62,735 nt of DNA from Patescibacteria group bacterium (GTDB taxonomy: Bacteria > Patescibacteriota > Patescibacteriia > JAXHNJ01): NCBI GenBank assembly GCA_043812155.1, contig JBDRMK010000007.1, positions 1 through 62,735 on the forward strand, in the 5' to 3' direction. The notes beneath the pieces are model-generated. The model did no database searches and was not told where the DNA came from. It worked only from the letters and a program-made list of their open reading frames with translations. Position numbers and translations under genes: made by a program. Positions within the stretch are counted from its first letter, which is position 1. Each line of letters starts with the position of its first letter. Positions 33,065 through 43,079 of this stretch are shown here, piece by piece.

Positions 33065-34060
33065 ATGAAAAAATTTCAGATCGTGACGATCGGCGGGGCC
33101 ACCCGGGATATCAATTTTTTTACCCGGCGGGCGAAAGTGATCGCCACGCCGGAAGACCTGACCAGCCAGAAAATGATCGCTTTTGAATACGGGGCCAAGC
33201 TGATTTCCGAAAAGGTTAATTTTACGCTGGGCGGCGGAGCCTGCAACGCCTCAGTTTGTCTGGCCCGCTTGGGCCTTAAAGTGGCCAGCATCGCCTGCGT
33301 GGGCAAAGACCGGGAAGGGGACTCCGTTCTCATCAATTTGCAAAGGGAAGGCGTCGACCCGTCTTTGATGAAAAAGGCTGATCATTACGCTACTGGCTTT
33401 TCTTTTGTCATCACGGATGAAACAAGCAAGGAACACGTGATATTTCTTAACCGGGGAGCGAACGAATATTTTAGGGTGAAAAAGGGGGAGTGGAAGGGGG
33501 TCAATTCTGATTGGCTTTACGTTACTTCGCTATCCGGCAAAAGATGGCCGGAAATCTCCGATGAAATATTGAGAGTTTTAAAAAATAAAAAGATCAAGCT
33601 GGTCTGGAATCCGGGCGAAACCCAATTAAAAATGGGAAAAAGAGGTTTAAACAAATTATTAAAATTCACTGATATACTCATATTAAACAAGGATGAATCC
33701 ATAGAGCTAGTTCTTTCTTCCCAAGGAAGGATAAAAGGCATTAATAATAGCAGGGTTCTTCTCAAAACTATTCATCAGTGGGGGCCTAAAATTTTTGTCC
33801 TGACTAACGGCCGCCATGGCGCCTATGCATACGACGGCAATAAAATATATTTCTCGCCTATCTTCCAGTCAAAAGTCATTGATACCACCGGCGCGGGCGA
33901 TTGCTTCGGCTCCTCATTTTTAGCCGGGATGATCCTTTTTAAAGGCGATATCCATAAAGCGATCAAGCTCGGCATCTATAACACTTCTTCGCTGGTGACC
34001 GTGGCCGGGGCGCAGAACGGCCTGCTTACAAAAAAAGATTTAAAAAAATATTTTAAATAA
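33065..34060 (+). CDS. PfkB-family carbohydrate/nucleoside kinase
   Basis: GGGACN near the N-terminus and DTTGAGD near the C-terminus. Confidence 0.8.
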   Translation: MKKFQIVTIGGATRDINFFTRRAKVIATPEDLTSQKMIAFEYGAKLISEKVNFTLGGGACNASVCLARLGLKVASIACVGKDREGDSVLINLQREGVDPSLMKKADHYATGFSFVITDETSKEHVIFLNRGANEYFRVKKGEWKGVNSDWLYVTSLSGKRWPEISDEILRVLKNKKIKLVWNPGETQLKMGKRGLNKLLKFTDILILNKDESIELVLSSQGRIKGINNSRVLLKTIHQWGPKIFVLTNGRHGAYAYDGNKIYFSPIFQSKVIDTTGAGDCFGSSFLAGMILFKGDIHKAIKLGIYNTSSLVTVAGAQNGLLTKKDLKKYFK

Positions 34061-34076
34061 AAAGAAAGGAATAATT

Positions 34077-35993
34077 ATGACCAAGGGGATCGTTGAAGAA
34101 GCCACCGAAGTGCTTCTTAAAGAAGACAAGCTTTATGAGCCATCGGCCAAGGTAAAAAACCAGGCTAACGTAAAAAATTACGAGGAAGTAGTGGTAAAAG
34201 CGGAAGGCGACTACGAGAGTTTTTGGGCCGAAGCCGCCGAGGAACTTTCCTGGTATAAAAAATGGGACAAGGTGGTTGATGAAAGCGAAAAACCCTTTTA
34301 CAAATGGTTTAAAGGCGGCCAGACTAATATTTTTCTTAATGCTCTAGAAAGACATCAAAACACGCCGACTAAAGATAAAATCGCGTTTTATTGGGAAAGT
34401 GAGAGCGGTCAGTCTCGTAAAATCACCTACGCGCAGTTATTTGAAATGACGAATAAATTCGCCGGTGCTTTAAAAAAATTAGGGGTGGTCAAAGGCGACC
34501 GAGTTTCCATCTATATGCCGAATATTCCGGAAACCGCCATGGCCATGCTTGCTTGCGCCAAGATAGGGGCGATCCATTCCGTGGTTTATGCCGGTTTTTC
34601 CGCCGCCGCTTTGGCTGATCGGGTAAATGACGCCGAAGCGAAAATTATAGTGACCGTGGACGGCGGGATGAGGCGGGGCAAAGCGATCAAATTAAAGGAT
34701 ACGGTTGACCAGGCTATGAATTTAGGCTGTCCGTCCGTCAAACACGTAATTATCGTTAAATACGCCGATATAGAGGTTAAAATGGAAGCCGGGCGGGATT
34801 TACTTTATGAAGATTTGGTTAAAGAGGAAATGGAAATTCCCGCCACGGAAAAAATGGAAGCGACCGATCCTTTGTTCATTCTTTATACTTCCGGCACCAC
34901 GTCAAAGCCTAAAGGTGTTTTGCATGTGCACGGCGGTTATCAGGTGGGCATCGCCAGGACCTTGAAATGGGTCTTTGATCTCAAAGATAATGATGTCTAT
35001 TGGTGCACGGCTGACCCGGGCTGGATCACCGGCCATAGTTATATTGTTTATGCCCCTTTGATCTGTGGGGCGACCAGTATTATGTATGACGGAGCGCCTG
35101 ATTTTCCCGGTCCGGACCGATTATGGCAGGTGGTCGAAAAATATAAGTGCACGATTTTTTACACCGCGCCGACCCTGATCCGCATGATGATGAGTTTGGG
35201 CGACCAATATCCGGAGAAATACAAAATGGAGTCATTAAGGCTGTTAGGCTCGGTCGGCGAGCCGATAAATCCAGAGGCCTGGCGCTGGTATTATAAAAAT
35301 ATTGGCAAAGAGCAATGTCCGATCATGGATACCTGGTGGCAAACGGAAACCGGCATGTTCATGATCACTCCTTTGCCGGTTCTGCCTTTGAAAGCGGGTT
35401 CGGCCACCAAGCCTTTCCCCGGCCTTATTATTGACGTGGTGGATAAAGACGGTGATTCTGTGCCTCCTGGCAAGGGCGGATTTCTGGCCATTAAAAATCC
35501 CTGGCCAGCCATGTTCACTACTCTTTATAAAAATCCGCAGCGTTATTTAGAAACCTATTGGCAAAAGATTCCCGGTGTCTACACCACCGGTGATTTGGCA
35601 ACCAGGGATTCAGAAGGTTATTTCCGCATTCAGGGAAGAAGCGATGATGTCTTGAAGATCGCCGGGCATAGGATCGGAAACGCGGAAATTGAAAGCGCCT
35701 TAGTGGCCCATGAAAGTGTGGCCGAAGCCGGCGTGATCGGCGTGCCTGACCAGATACGGGGAGAAATCGCCAAAGCCTTTGTCATCTTGAAAAAAGGAAT
35801 TGAACCGAAGCCCGAATTGCAAAAAGAACTGCAATTAAAAGTTCGCGAAGTTTTAGGTCCGGTCGTAGTCTTTAAAGACATTGAATACGTTCAGAAATTG
35901 CCCAAAACCCGTTCCGGCAAAATCATGCGCCGGGTTCTGCGGGCCAAGGAATTAAACGAGCCGCTGGGCGACACAAGCACGCTGGAAGAGTAA
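34077..35993 (+). CDS. acs: acetate--CoA ligase (AMP-forming acetyl-CoA synthetase)
   Basis: [14 protein letters not shown]-binding motif, WWQTETG, YTTGD and [11 protein letters not shown]. Confidence 0.92.
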   Translation: MTKGIVEEATEVLLKEDKLYEPSAKVKNQANVKNYEEVVVKAEGDYESFWAEAAEELSWYKKWDKVVDESEKPFYKWFKGGQTNIFLNALERHQNTPTKDKIAFYWESESGQSRKITYAQLFEMTNKFAGALKKLGVVKGDRVSIYMPNIPETAMAMLACAKIGAIHSVVYAGFSAAALADRVNDAEAKIIVTVDGGMRRGKAIKLKDTVDQAMNLGCPSVKHVIIVKYADIEVKMEAGRDLLYEDLVKEEMEIPATEKMEATDPLFILYTSGTTSKPKGVLHVHGGYQVGIARTLKWVFDLKDNDVYWCTADPGWITGHSYIVYAPLICGATSIMYDGAPDFPGPDRLWQVVEKYKCTIFYTAPTLIRMMMSLGDQYPEKYKMESLRLLGSVGEPINPEAWRWYYKNIGKEQCPIMDTWWQTETGMFMITPLPVLPLKAGSATKPFPGLIIDVVDKDGDSVPPGKGGFLAIKNPWPAMFTTLYKNPQRYLETYWQKIPGVYTTGDLATRDSEGYFRIQGRSDDVLKIAGHRIGNAEIESALVAHESVAEAGVIGVPDQIRGEIAKAFVILKKGIEPKPELQKELQLKVREVLGPVVVFKDIEYVQKLPKTRSGKIMRRVLRAKELNEPLGDTSTLEE

Positions 35994-36009
35994 ATCCCTA
36001 GTAATTTGT

Positions 36010-37056
36010 ATGGGTAAAATAAACTGGCAACTTTTGGTTACCCGCGAGGTCTGTCTTTTAGAAAGATACTGGCGGGTAAAGGGATACACGAGAAGGTTTT
36101 TCCCTCTTACTCGGGTAAAAGCCAAAAATTTTTTAACTCTTAGCGAAAAAAATGTAATCTGTGTTTATGATGACCCGGTGGCCAGTTTATGGCGAAGAAG
36201 AATTATTCGGCGTGATTTTTCCCAAAGAAATGCCGTAAACAAATTCAATCTTTATTTTGAAACCGTATTAGAGGATTTAAAAGCATTTCAGCAAAAACTT
36301 GTTAAAACTAATGATTTTAGTTTTTACCGGAGATTTATAGATTATTATCAAACCAGCCGGGCGATTGTTTTTTATACTCGCGAAGTTGTTAACGTGGCTC
36401 TGGAAAAAAAAGATCGCCGATTCGCCCGGTGGGCCGGTCGTTGGCATCATAGATCTGAAGAACTCAGTTGCCAGGCTTGGGATAACCTTAAGTCATTTTT
36501 TCTTTTTGTCGGACGGCAAAAAGGCGTTTATTGGAGTAGACTTCAATATTATACCCCTGAAGAATTTAACAAATTGCTGGCTGACGGACAAAAAGTTAGA
36601 ATCAAAGTAATTAAAACCAGGCAAAGAAAATACGGTCTTATTTTACTCAATAATAAGATAAATTTACTTACCGGCCGTGCCCTTGACGCCTTTATCGCCA
36701 AAAATTTGCCAAAAGTAAAAATAGAAGCTAAACATAAAATTACCGGCCGCGCCGCATATTCCGGTATTATCCGGGGACGGGTTAGGCGGGTTTTTACCGG
36801 GACGCAGGCCGCTAAAATGAAAAAAGGCGAGATTTTAGTCACGCCCATGACTTCGCCGCGGATGATTCAGGCCGTTAAATTAGCCGGGGCTTTTGTCACT
36901 GACGAAGGGGGATTGACCTGTCACGCGGCCATTGTCGCCCGCGAACTTCGCATCCCTTGCGTCATCGGCACGAAGATCGCCACCCAGGTTTTAAAAAACG
37001 GCGACTTAGTGGAGGTTGACGCCAATAGGGGGATAGTGAGAAGATTAAAATATTAA
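36010..37056 (+). CDS. protein with an unknown N-terminal domain and a C-terminal PEP-utilizer mobile (phosphohistidine swivel) domain
   Basis: ILVTPMTSP...FVTDEGGLTCHAAIVARELRIPCVIGT..G..VEVDAN.G. Confidence 0.7.
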   Translation: MGKINWQLLVTREVCLLERYWRVKGYTRRFFPLTRVKAKNFLTLSEKNVICVYDDPVASLWRRRIIRRDFSQRNAVNKFNLYFETVLEDLKAFQQKLVKTNDFSFYRRFIDYYQTSRAIVFYTREVVNVALEKKDRRFARWAGRWHHRSEELSCQAWDNLKSFFLFVGRQKGVYWSRLQYYTPEEFNKLLADGQKVRIKVIKTRQRKYGLILLNNKINLLTGRALDAFIAKNLPKVKIEAKHKITGRAAYSGIIRGRVRRVFTGTQAAKMKKGEILVTPMTSPRMIQAVKLAGAFVTDEGGLTCHAAIVARELRIPCVIGTKIATQVLKNGDLVEVDANRGIVRRLKY

Positions 37057-37073
37057 TATTTAATAATTAAAAT

Positions 37074-38552
37074 ATGAAATGGGAAAATTTTGTAAAAGCA
37101 GGAACAAGATTGCCTTTTTATATGCATCTTTTTATTGAAGGAAATAAAATAGATGTTCCGCGTCTAATCGGCTATAAAGCCAAAGCCTGGGTAACTGTTA
37201 CTGAGGGGCGGCTGACCTCAGTTAATCAAAGCGCCGAAGAAGTAAAAAGGTTTGAAAAATTCCTGGCCGGTATTGCGAAAGACAAAACAAGACAGAACAA
37301 AATAATGGATAATTTCATAGCCACTGATGAGAATATACTAACTTATTGCAGGCAGCTATATTACAAAGATTACCAGGGCAAAAGCAACAAAGAATTAAAA
37401 GATATGTTAGCTCAGTTTGTTGTGCTATTTAGGGCGAAGTTTGGTGTATACGGTATGCCGGGCATGATAGATCTAGCGGCAGCATGTGTAGTGCCGAACT
37501 TTATCAGCAAGAAAATAAAAGACAAGGATTACGCTGCCCTTATTGAAGCAGACCGGCAAACAGATTTTACGAATGAACGGATTGCTTTATTAAAAATAGT
37601 TAAAAAAGTAAAAGATAGAAAATTAACAGATTTGTTTAAACAATCAAACAATGAAATTATCAGCCACTTGGGCGGGTTTGCCCCCACTATTTATTATCAG
37701 CTTGAATCCTATGTACGGGAATATGCCTGGACACCGGTTACTCACCATGTTCAGCCGATGAACCTAGATCAGGCGCTTGATGCCATCAAAGAAACATTAA
37801 AAGACCGCACGGCCATTTCTGAGCTGAAAACACTTATCAGTAAGCCGAAAAAAGTACGCCACAAACAAAAAATACTGATGAAAAAATACAAATTTACCAA
37901 ACAAGAAGCTGATTTTGTAATATTTTTGCGGCGAGTAAACGTTTTTAAAGAAAATAGAAAAGCCGCTTTTAGCAAATCCTTATTATGGTCATATCCTTTA
38001 TTCCAAGCCATTGCCGATAATCTAAAAATAGACGTAGTCTCGCTTAGGCAGTTAAATTATAAACAAATATATTCAGCCCTTTACAGCCAATTGTCAAAAA
38101 AACACTGGGAGTTAATTAGATTAAGGCAAAAAACTTATGTTTGTCAATTGCTGAATAACAAAATAACAGAACTTAATGGCCCGAAAGCAAAAAAATTCAT
38201 TAAAAAAGAAATAGCCACAGACAATAAGGGTATAAAGGTTATAAAAGGTATGACTGCCCAACAAGGCAAAGTAAAGGGCAAAGTACGGGTTATTCGCCTG
38301 GAACACCAAACCGCATTGCTTAAAACCGGTGAAATACTAGTTACTTCCATGACTGATCCAGATATGGTGCCTGCCATGAAAAAAGCTAGAGCAATTGTCA
38401 CGGATGAAGGAGGAATTACTTGCCACGCCGCCATAGTCTCCCGAGAATTGAAAATTCCCTGCGTGGTCGGAACCAAAATTGCCACTCAGGTTTTAAAAGA
38501 TGGAGACAGGGTGGAGGTTGATGCGAACATAGGTATTGTGAGGAAAATATGA
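37074..38552 (+). CDS. paralogous protein with a larger N-terminal region and a C-terminal PEP-utilizer mobile domain
   Basis: ILVTSMTDP...IVTDEGGITCHAAIVSRELKIPCVVGT..G..VEVDAN.G. Confidence 0.7.
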   Translation: MKWENFVKAGTRLPFYMHLFIEGNKIDVPRLIGYKAKAWVTVTEGRLTSVNQSAEEVKRFEKFLAGIAKDKTRQNKIMDNFIATDENILTYCRQLYYKDYQGKSNKELKDMLAQFVVLFRAKFGVYGMPGMIDLAAACVVPNFISKKIKDKDYAALIEADRQTDFTNERIALLKIVKKVKDRKLTDLFKQSNNEIISHLGGFAPTIYYQLESYVREYAWTPVTHHVQPMNLDQALDAIKETLKDRTAISELKTLISKPKKVRHKQKILMKKYKFTKQEADFVIFLRRVNVFKENRKAAFSKSLLWSYPLFQAIADNLKIDVVSLRQLNYKQIYSALYSQLSKKHWELIRLRQKTYVCQLLNNKITELNGPKAKKFIKKEIATDNKGIKVIKGMTAQQGKVKGKVRVIRLEHQTALLKTGEILVTSMTDPDMVPAMKKARAIVTDEGGITCHAAIVSRELKIPCVVGTKIATQVLKDGDRVEVDANIGIVRKI

Positions 38553-39148
38553 CTATTCTCCAGGGCCTAAAATTAATTGAAAAGTATAAACTTCCTCATC
38601 CGGAATGGGAGTTTGTCCGTACTTTAAAAGGCTTAAAGAAGTTCTACAGTGTAAAAGATTATGTCGGCTGGACCATCCGCACCGTGGCGGTGGAAAAAGG
38701 GTCTTGGCGGAATTTATATGTCAATTGGCTGCCGAAAAAACAGGTGCCGGCAAAAGTTGATGAATTACAGCGAAAACAAAAGGGGAAAGCTTTATTTGTC
38801 GTTTACCCTTCCTGGCGTTGGAAAAAAGGAGGGACAATCTTGAAAGAGAAGGGGAGAACAATAATTGAAGCAGTTAAGGGAGAAATTGTAAATCTGATGA
38901 GGAAGGGAAAAATTAACTCTTCTTATGTTTATAATGGCAATCGTTTACGAGAATTTTCCGGTCAGAAAAATTTTCTAGGTCAAACGGAATTAAGAAAAAT
39001 AAGAGAGGCCGCTGGCCAAATAAAAATGAAGGGAGTAATATTAGAGTGGGCCATAACGACGCAAAATAAATTTACTATATATCGCCTGGAAAAAATCCGG
39101 GAAGCGTCAAAATTATTGCTCAAAAAATATGGAGGAAAAAAAACATAA
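38549..39148 (+). CDS. hypothetical protein, translationally coupled between swivel-domain genes
   Basis: 199-aa ORF overlapping both neighbours by a few nt. No firm motif; an ATP-grasp-like role is only a guess. Confidence 0.5.
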   Translation: MTILQGLKLIEKYKLPHPEWEFVRTLKGLKKFYSVKDYVGWTIRTVAVEKGSWRNLYVNWLPKKQVPAKVDELQRKQKGKALFVVYPSWRWKKGGTILKEKGRTIIEAVKGEIVNLMRKGKINSSYVYNGNRLREFSGQKNFLGQTELRKIREAAGQIKMKGVILEWAITTQNKFTIYRLEKIREASKLLLKKYGGKKT

Positions 39149-39479
39149 TATTATTTTAAAAGGTATCTGCGGTTCGCCGGGTTTGGTTGAAGGCAAAGTT
39201 TGGATAATCAGAAATCCTGAAAAAAGGCCGACGAAAATCAAAAAAAATTGCATCGTTGTGGTGAAATACACCAGTCCTGTTCTGGCCGTGGCTTTAAAAT
39301 TCGCCCGGGCGATTATCTGCGAAATGGGAACAACCACTTCGCACGCAGCGGTGATTTCCCGCGAGTGGGGGATTCCTTGCCTGGTCAGCGTCAAAGATGC
39401 CCTAACCATTTTAAATAATGAGGACTGGATTATCGTAGACGCTGATAAAGGAAAAATTTATAGAAGTTATTTAGATTAA
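39129..39479 (+). CDS. stand-alone PEP-utilizer mobile (phosphohistidine swivel) domain protein
   Basis: GSPGLVEGKV...IVVVKYTSP...ICEMGTTTSHAAVISREWGIPCLVS...VDADKGKIY; 116 aa. Confidence 0.75.
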   Translation: MEEKKHNIILKGICGSPGLVEGKVWIIRNPEKRPTKIKKNCIVVVKYTSPVLAVALKFARAIICEMGTTTSHAAVISREWGIPCLVSVKDALTILNNEDWIIVDADKGKIYRSYLD

Positions 39480-39486
39480 AATAAAA

Positions 39487-39510
39487 ACGGGGAAGCGTGT
39501 GCTGCCCCGT
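39487..39510. terminator. hairpin between convergent genes
   Basis: acgggg..ccccgt. Confidence 0.55.
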
Positions 39511-39534
39511 ATCTGGTACATTATTGATGAAGTC

Positions 39535-40011
39535 TTAGACTTCCTTTTCGCCGCCGCCGATATCGCCGTAGGCGGCGATCTTTGTGAAAGTTCCATTTTC
39601 CCAGGTGTAGACGGCCGCGGATTCGCCTTTTCCGCCGATGTCGTTTAACATCGGTCGTCCGCCGCAGATCACCGCATTGTCGGGTAAAGAAGAGAGGAGA
39701 ACGAGAAGAGCTTCTTTCATCCCGCGCTTATCGTACATCGTGCGCGGGATGCTCTTGCAGTCAGCCAAGCTCACAGTGCCGTCTTTTTCCAGGCTTTCCG
39801 GCCGGCCGACGAGAGCGTTGTAGCAGGTGATGGCCAGGCCGAGAGCCTCGGCCACATCACGGTGCCGCAGCCCCGTGCCGCAGATCACCTCGCTCGGGTG
39901 CTTGGGCAGATGTCCGACCAAAGCCCGGATTTGTTCGAAGCCTTCGTCCGTCATGGCGGGATCGCCGCCGGGATATTTGCTGCCATGTGTGACAATGTAC
40001 ACTTTTGCCAT
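39535..40011 (-). CDS. divergent histidine-phosphatase-superfamily-like protein (SixA/PGM-like fold suspected)
   Basis: N-terminus KVYIVTHGS..........LTDEG. has THG where the superfamily has RHG. It is a G+C-rich gene on the opposite strand. Confidence 0.45.
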   Translation of the reverse strand: MAKVYIVTHGSKYPGGDPAMTDEGFEQIRALVGHLPKHPSEVICGTGLRHRDVAEALGLAITCYNALVGRPESLEKDGTVSLADCKSIPRTMYDKRGMKEALLVLLSSLPDNAVICGGRPMLNDIGGKGESAAVYTWENGTFTKIAAYGDIGGGEKEV

Positions 40012-40095
40012 GATTACCTCCTATTTCGAGAATGTTTGGGAATGACTATCTGGAAGAATCTGATTTATATCATACCTTAACAAAATATATTCCTT

Positions 40096-40124
40096 TTGTC
40101 AAGATACCGAATATATTGTATAAT
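40096..40124 (+). promoter_or_regulatory. sigma70-like promoter of the oxidoreductase operon
   Basis: TTGTCA, 17-nt spacer, TATAAT. Confidence 0.55.
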
Positions 40125-40132
40125 TTAGGCAT

Positions 40133-41152
40133 ATGCCAGAAAAAGCTTTTCTAATTGGCAATGAAATAATCGTAAAAGCGGCTTTAGCCTGCGGCGCGGA
40201 GGCGTTTTTTGGCTATCCCATCACTCCGGGTTCGGAGATCATGCACGCCTGGGCCAAGGCGCAGGTAAAACAGGATATTAAGTTTTTACAGTGCGAGGAC
40301 GAAATGACGGCCGGTTTTGCCGTTATTGGTGCCTGTTTGTCCGGCCACAAGGCCTTTACCGCCACGGCAGGACCGGGCAATGTCTTGATGCAGGACGCGG
40401 TTTCCATGGCGGAGGCGATGCGGATCCCTTTTGTCGGCATAATTGCCCAGCGCGGCGGGCCTTCCACCGGTTCGGTCATCTATTCCCAGCAGGAAGTGAC
40501 TTTGACCGGCTGGGGCGGGAACGGGGAGGGGTATAGGATTGTTTATTCGCCCTCCACTCTGCAGGAAATATACGATTATACGATAAAATGCTTTAACACC
40601 GCCTGGACCTATCGTTTGCCCACATTTTTGCTGACGGACGGATACTTGGGCAAGATGCAGAGCGATGTTTTACTGAAACGGCCGCCAAAAATGGTACCGG
40701 CCCAGAATTTACTATCCAAGGGTTACACTAATTTGCGAAATTGTTATGATTTAGAGGAGGAGATCTATGAAGTTAATTTAAAATTAAAAAAAATTCACGA
40801 TAAAGCCAGCCGCGAGATAACGGAATTTGAGAATTATAAGTGCGACGACGCAGAAACCATTATCGTCAGTCATGGCATTGTCGGCGCGGCCGCCCGGGAA
40901 GCGGTGATGGAATTAAGGAAATTAAAAAAGAAAATCGGCTTGTTCCGGCCGATCACTCTGAATCCTTTTCCAGGCAAAGAGGCGAGAAAGATCCTTAAAA
41001 AAGCCAAGGAAGTGATCGTGGTGGAATCGGCCATGAATCAATTGAACAAACTTCTCAAGGAACATCTTTATGGCCTGACCGTCAAGATCACTCAATACGG
41101 AAAACCGGCCTTGGGCATCACTCCTGAAGAGATCGTGAATTTATTGAAATAA
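40133..41152 (+). CDS. 2-oxoacid:ferredoxin oxidoreductase alpha subunit
   Basis: GNEIIVKAALACGAEAFFGYPITP, and its operon context with beta/gamma/delta. Confidence 0.85.
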   Translation: MPEKAFLIGNEIIVKAALACGAEAFFGYPITPGSEIMHAWAKAQVKQDIKFLQCEDEMTAGFAVIGACLSGHKAFTATAGPGNVLMQDAVSMAEAMRIPFVGIIAQRGGPSTGSVIYSQQEVTLTGWGGNGEGYRIVYSPSTLQEIYDYTIKCFNTAWTYRLPTFLLTDGYLGKMQSDVLLKRPPKMVPAQNLLSKGYTNLRNCYDLEEEIYEVNLKLKKIHDKASREITEFENYKCDDAETIIVSHGIVGAAAREAVMELRKLKKKIGLFRPITLNPFPGKEARKILKKAKEVIVVESAMNQLNKLLKEHLYGLTVKITQYGKPALGITPEEIVNLLK

Positions 41153-41185
41153 GACAAGATATTTTAATCAACTAAAACAAAAAAT

Positions 41186-41287
41186 ATGGAGGCAAAAAAA
41201 CAGCGCGCATCTTTTGTCATGCCCTTGGCGATCATGGCTATGTCAGCCGTGGCCGTGGCCTTGATCGTTTGGTGGACAATCCAATAG
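41186..41287 (+). CDS. 33-codon ORF resembling the N-terminal TM segment of the next gene
   Basis: MEAKKQRASFVMPLAIMAMSAVAVALIVWWTIQ compared with MYLKQRKAFILPLAVMVISAVAFTFLVL. Confidence 0.3.
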   Translation: MEAKKQRASFVMPLAIMAMSAVAVALIVWWTIQ

Positions 41288-41334
41288 GCTTATCAGTGTT
41301 AATTGTTAAATTATCGATTTCTTCTCTTTAAATT

Positions 41335-41685
41335 ATGTATTTAAAGCAGAGAAAAGCATTTATTTTACCTTTGGCTGTGATGGTAATATCAGCCGTCGCG
41401 TTCACATTTTTAGTTTTGCTGTCAGTTGACAAGAAACAGGGAAACATCAAGGATAATCTTAACACTGATTTAACTTCAGCCGGTTGCATAAAATCCGGCT
41501 GCTCAGGCCAGGTCTGCACGGAAGAAGGAAGCGACATCATTACTACCTGCGAGATCCAGGCTTGGTATTCCTGCCTTACTTTGACCAGGTGCGAGAAGCA
41601 GAAAAACGGCCGGTGCGGCTGGACGGAAAACGTAGCTTACATAAATTGCATGAAAGAGAAAAATCCATATTATAATCAAAATTAA
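41335..41685 (+). CDS. membrane-anchored/secreted Cys-rich small protein
   Basis: N-terminal TM/signal segment, then eight Cys in about 60 residues (GCIKSGCSGQVC...CEIQAWYSC...CEKQKNGRCGW...C). Confidence 0.6.
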   Translation: MYLKQRKAFILPLAVMVISAVAFTFLVLLSVDKKQGNIKDNLNTDLTSAGCIKSGCSGQVCTEEGSDIITTCEIQAWYSCLTLTRCEKQKNGRCGWTENVAYINCMKEKNPYYNQN

Positions 41686-41690
41686 TATTT

Positions 41691-42407
41691 ATGCCAGAAT
41701 TACCTTTCCCCAAATGCTGTAAAATATCGTCAAAGCCCCACAAGTTCTGCCCGGGCTGCGGCCATCCCATTACATTAAAAGCCTTGGGCTGGGCGATTGA
41801 TGAGCTCGGTATACAAAGCAATACCGTGATCGGTTTTGATATTGGCTGCTCTCTTTTGGCCTGGGATTTTTTTGACGTTGATTCTTTTCAGACCCATCAT
41901 GGCCGGACCGTGCCGGTGATGGTCGGCTACAAAAAAATGGACCCGGAAAAAATATGCATCGCTTACGTGGGCGATGGCGGCGCTTACGCCATCGGAGCTC
42001 AGCATCTGGTCAGTGCCGCTTTAAGGCATGACAATATAACTATGATCGTCGTTAATAACACTAATTACGGCATGACCGGCGGCCAGGAAGCGCCGACTAC
42101 TTTACCCGGCGAAATCACCAAAACCACGCCGGGAGGGGCGGATGACAGTTTTATGAAAGGTCCGGAGATGGTCGCCTGTTCTTTTGCCAAGCCCGGCGAT
42201 TATATCGCCCGAGGCGCAATTGATAACCCGGTTCAGCTTAAGAATATGTTCAAAAAAGCCATAGAGAACCAGATCGCCAATAAAGGTTTTTCCTTCGTGG
42301 AATCATTGTCCGTTTGCCCCTTAAATTGGCGGACGGACGCCAAGGAGACTTTTGCCAAATTGAACCACAACAAAGTTTGTTTTCCGGTCAAGGAATTCTA
42401 TAAATAA
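41691..42407 (+). CDS. 2-oxoacid:ferredoxin oxidoreductase beta subunit (TPP-binding)
   Basis: FCPGCGH near the N-terminus and GDGG..AIG TPP motif. Confidence 0.9.
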   Translation: MPELPFPKCCKISSKPHKFCPGCGHPITLKALGWAIDELGIQSNTVIGFDIGCSLLAWDFFDVDSFQTHHGRTVPVMVGYKKMDPEKICIAYVGDGGAYAIGAQHLVSAALRHDNITMIVVNNTNYGMTGGQEAPTTLPGEITKTTPGGADDSFMKGPEMVACSFAKPGDYIARGAIDNPVQLKNMFKKAIENQIANKGFSFVESLSVCPLNWRTDAKETFAKLNHNKVCFPVKEFYK

Positions 42408-42408
42408 T

Positions 42409-42996
42409 ATGAAAATTATTAAGGAAGTAAAAAGGGATATAAAGAAGATCCTGATCGCCGGCGAAGGCGGCCAGGGCGTGCAGACCATGGCCAAGCTTTT
42501 AAACCAGTCGGCTTATGACAAGGGCTTGAAAGTCTCTTATATCCCGAATTACGGGGTGGAGCAGCGGGGCGGCGTGTCCATCGCTTTTATTTACATTCAG
42601 GACAAGCCGGTGATCTTTCCCAAGTTTGATAAAGCCGATCTGGTCGTTATTTTATCCGAACGCTCCGTCTTGCGCACCTGGCGCTATGTCGGCTCGGAAT
42701 CAATCGTCATTTACAATTCTTCTTATATCACGCCTAAACTGATAAACAGTCAGAAACCGCGGATAAAAAATCTGATTCCCATTGACGCGACCAATTTGGC
42801 CCAGAATAAACTGAAAAGTCCGCGCGTGTTTAATACCATTGTTTTAGGGGCGATCTTAGGTAAACTCGGCAAGGTCACTTTCGCGGAAATGAAACGGGCG
42901 ATCAAGAAATCTTTAGGCGCGAAGATAAAAGCCAAGCCGGAATTGGAAACTTTAAATAACGATGCCCTGAAAATGGGGATGGAGTTGGTTAGATAA
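42409..42996 (+). CDS. 2-oxoacid:ferredoxin oxidoreductase gamma subunit
   Basis: ILIAGEGGQGVQT...PNYG.EQRGG. Confidence 0.85.
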   Translation: MKIIKEVKRDIKKILIAGEGGQGVQTMAKLLNQSAYDKGLKVSYIPNYGVEQRGGVSIAFIYIQDKPVIFPKFDKADLVVILSERSVLRTWRYVGSESIVIYNSSYITPKLINSQKPRIKNLIPIDATNLAQNKLKSPRVFNTIVLGAILGKLGKVTFAEMKRAIKKSLGAKIKAKPELETLNNDALKMGMELVR

Positions 42997-43079
42997 GATA
43001 TCAAGATATTGAGATATTTAGATATTAAGAATAACAAATTATAATAATCGATAAATATCTTGACCCTGATCACAAAAAT

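Noticed and set aside
9434-33436. Numerous antisense or off-frame ORFs within murA, the histidine kinase, EamA, pgk, eno, gpmI and other genes (e.g. 9434-9829, 16267-16602, 21488-21988, 28174-28665, 29489-29932, 31968-32486)
   Set aside because: Each overlaps a confidently identified gene on the other strand or in another frame, and none has recognisable motifs.
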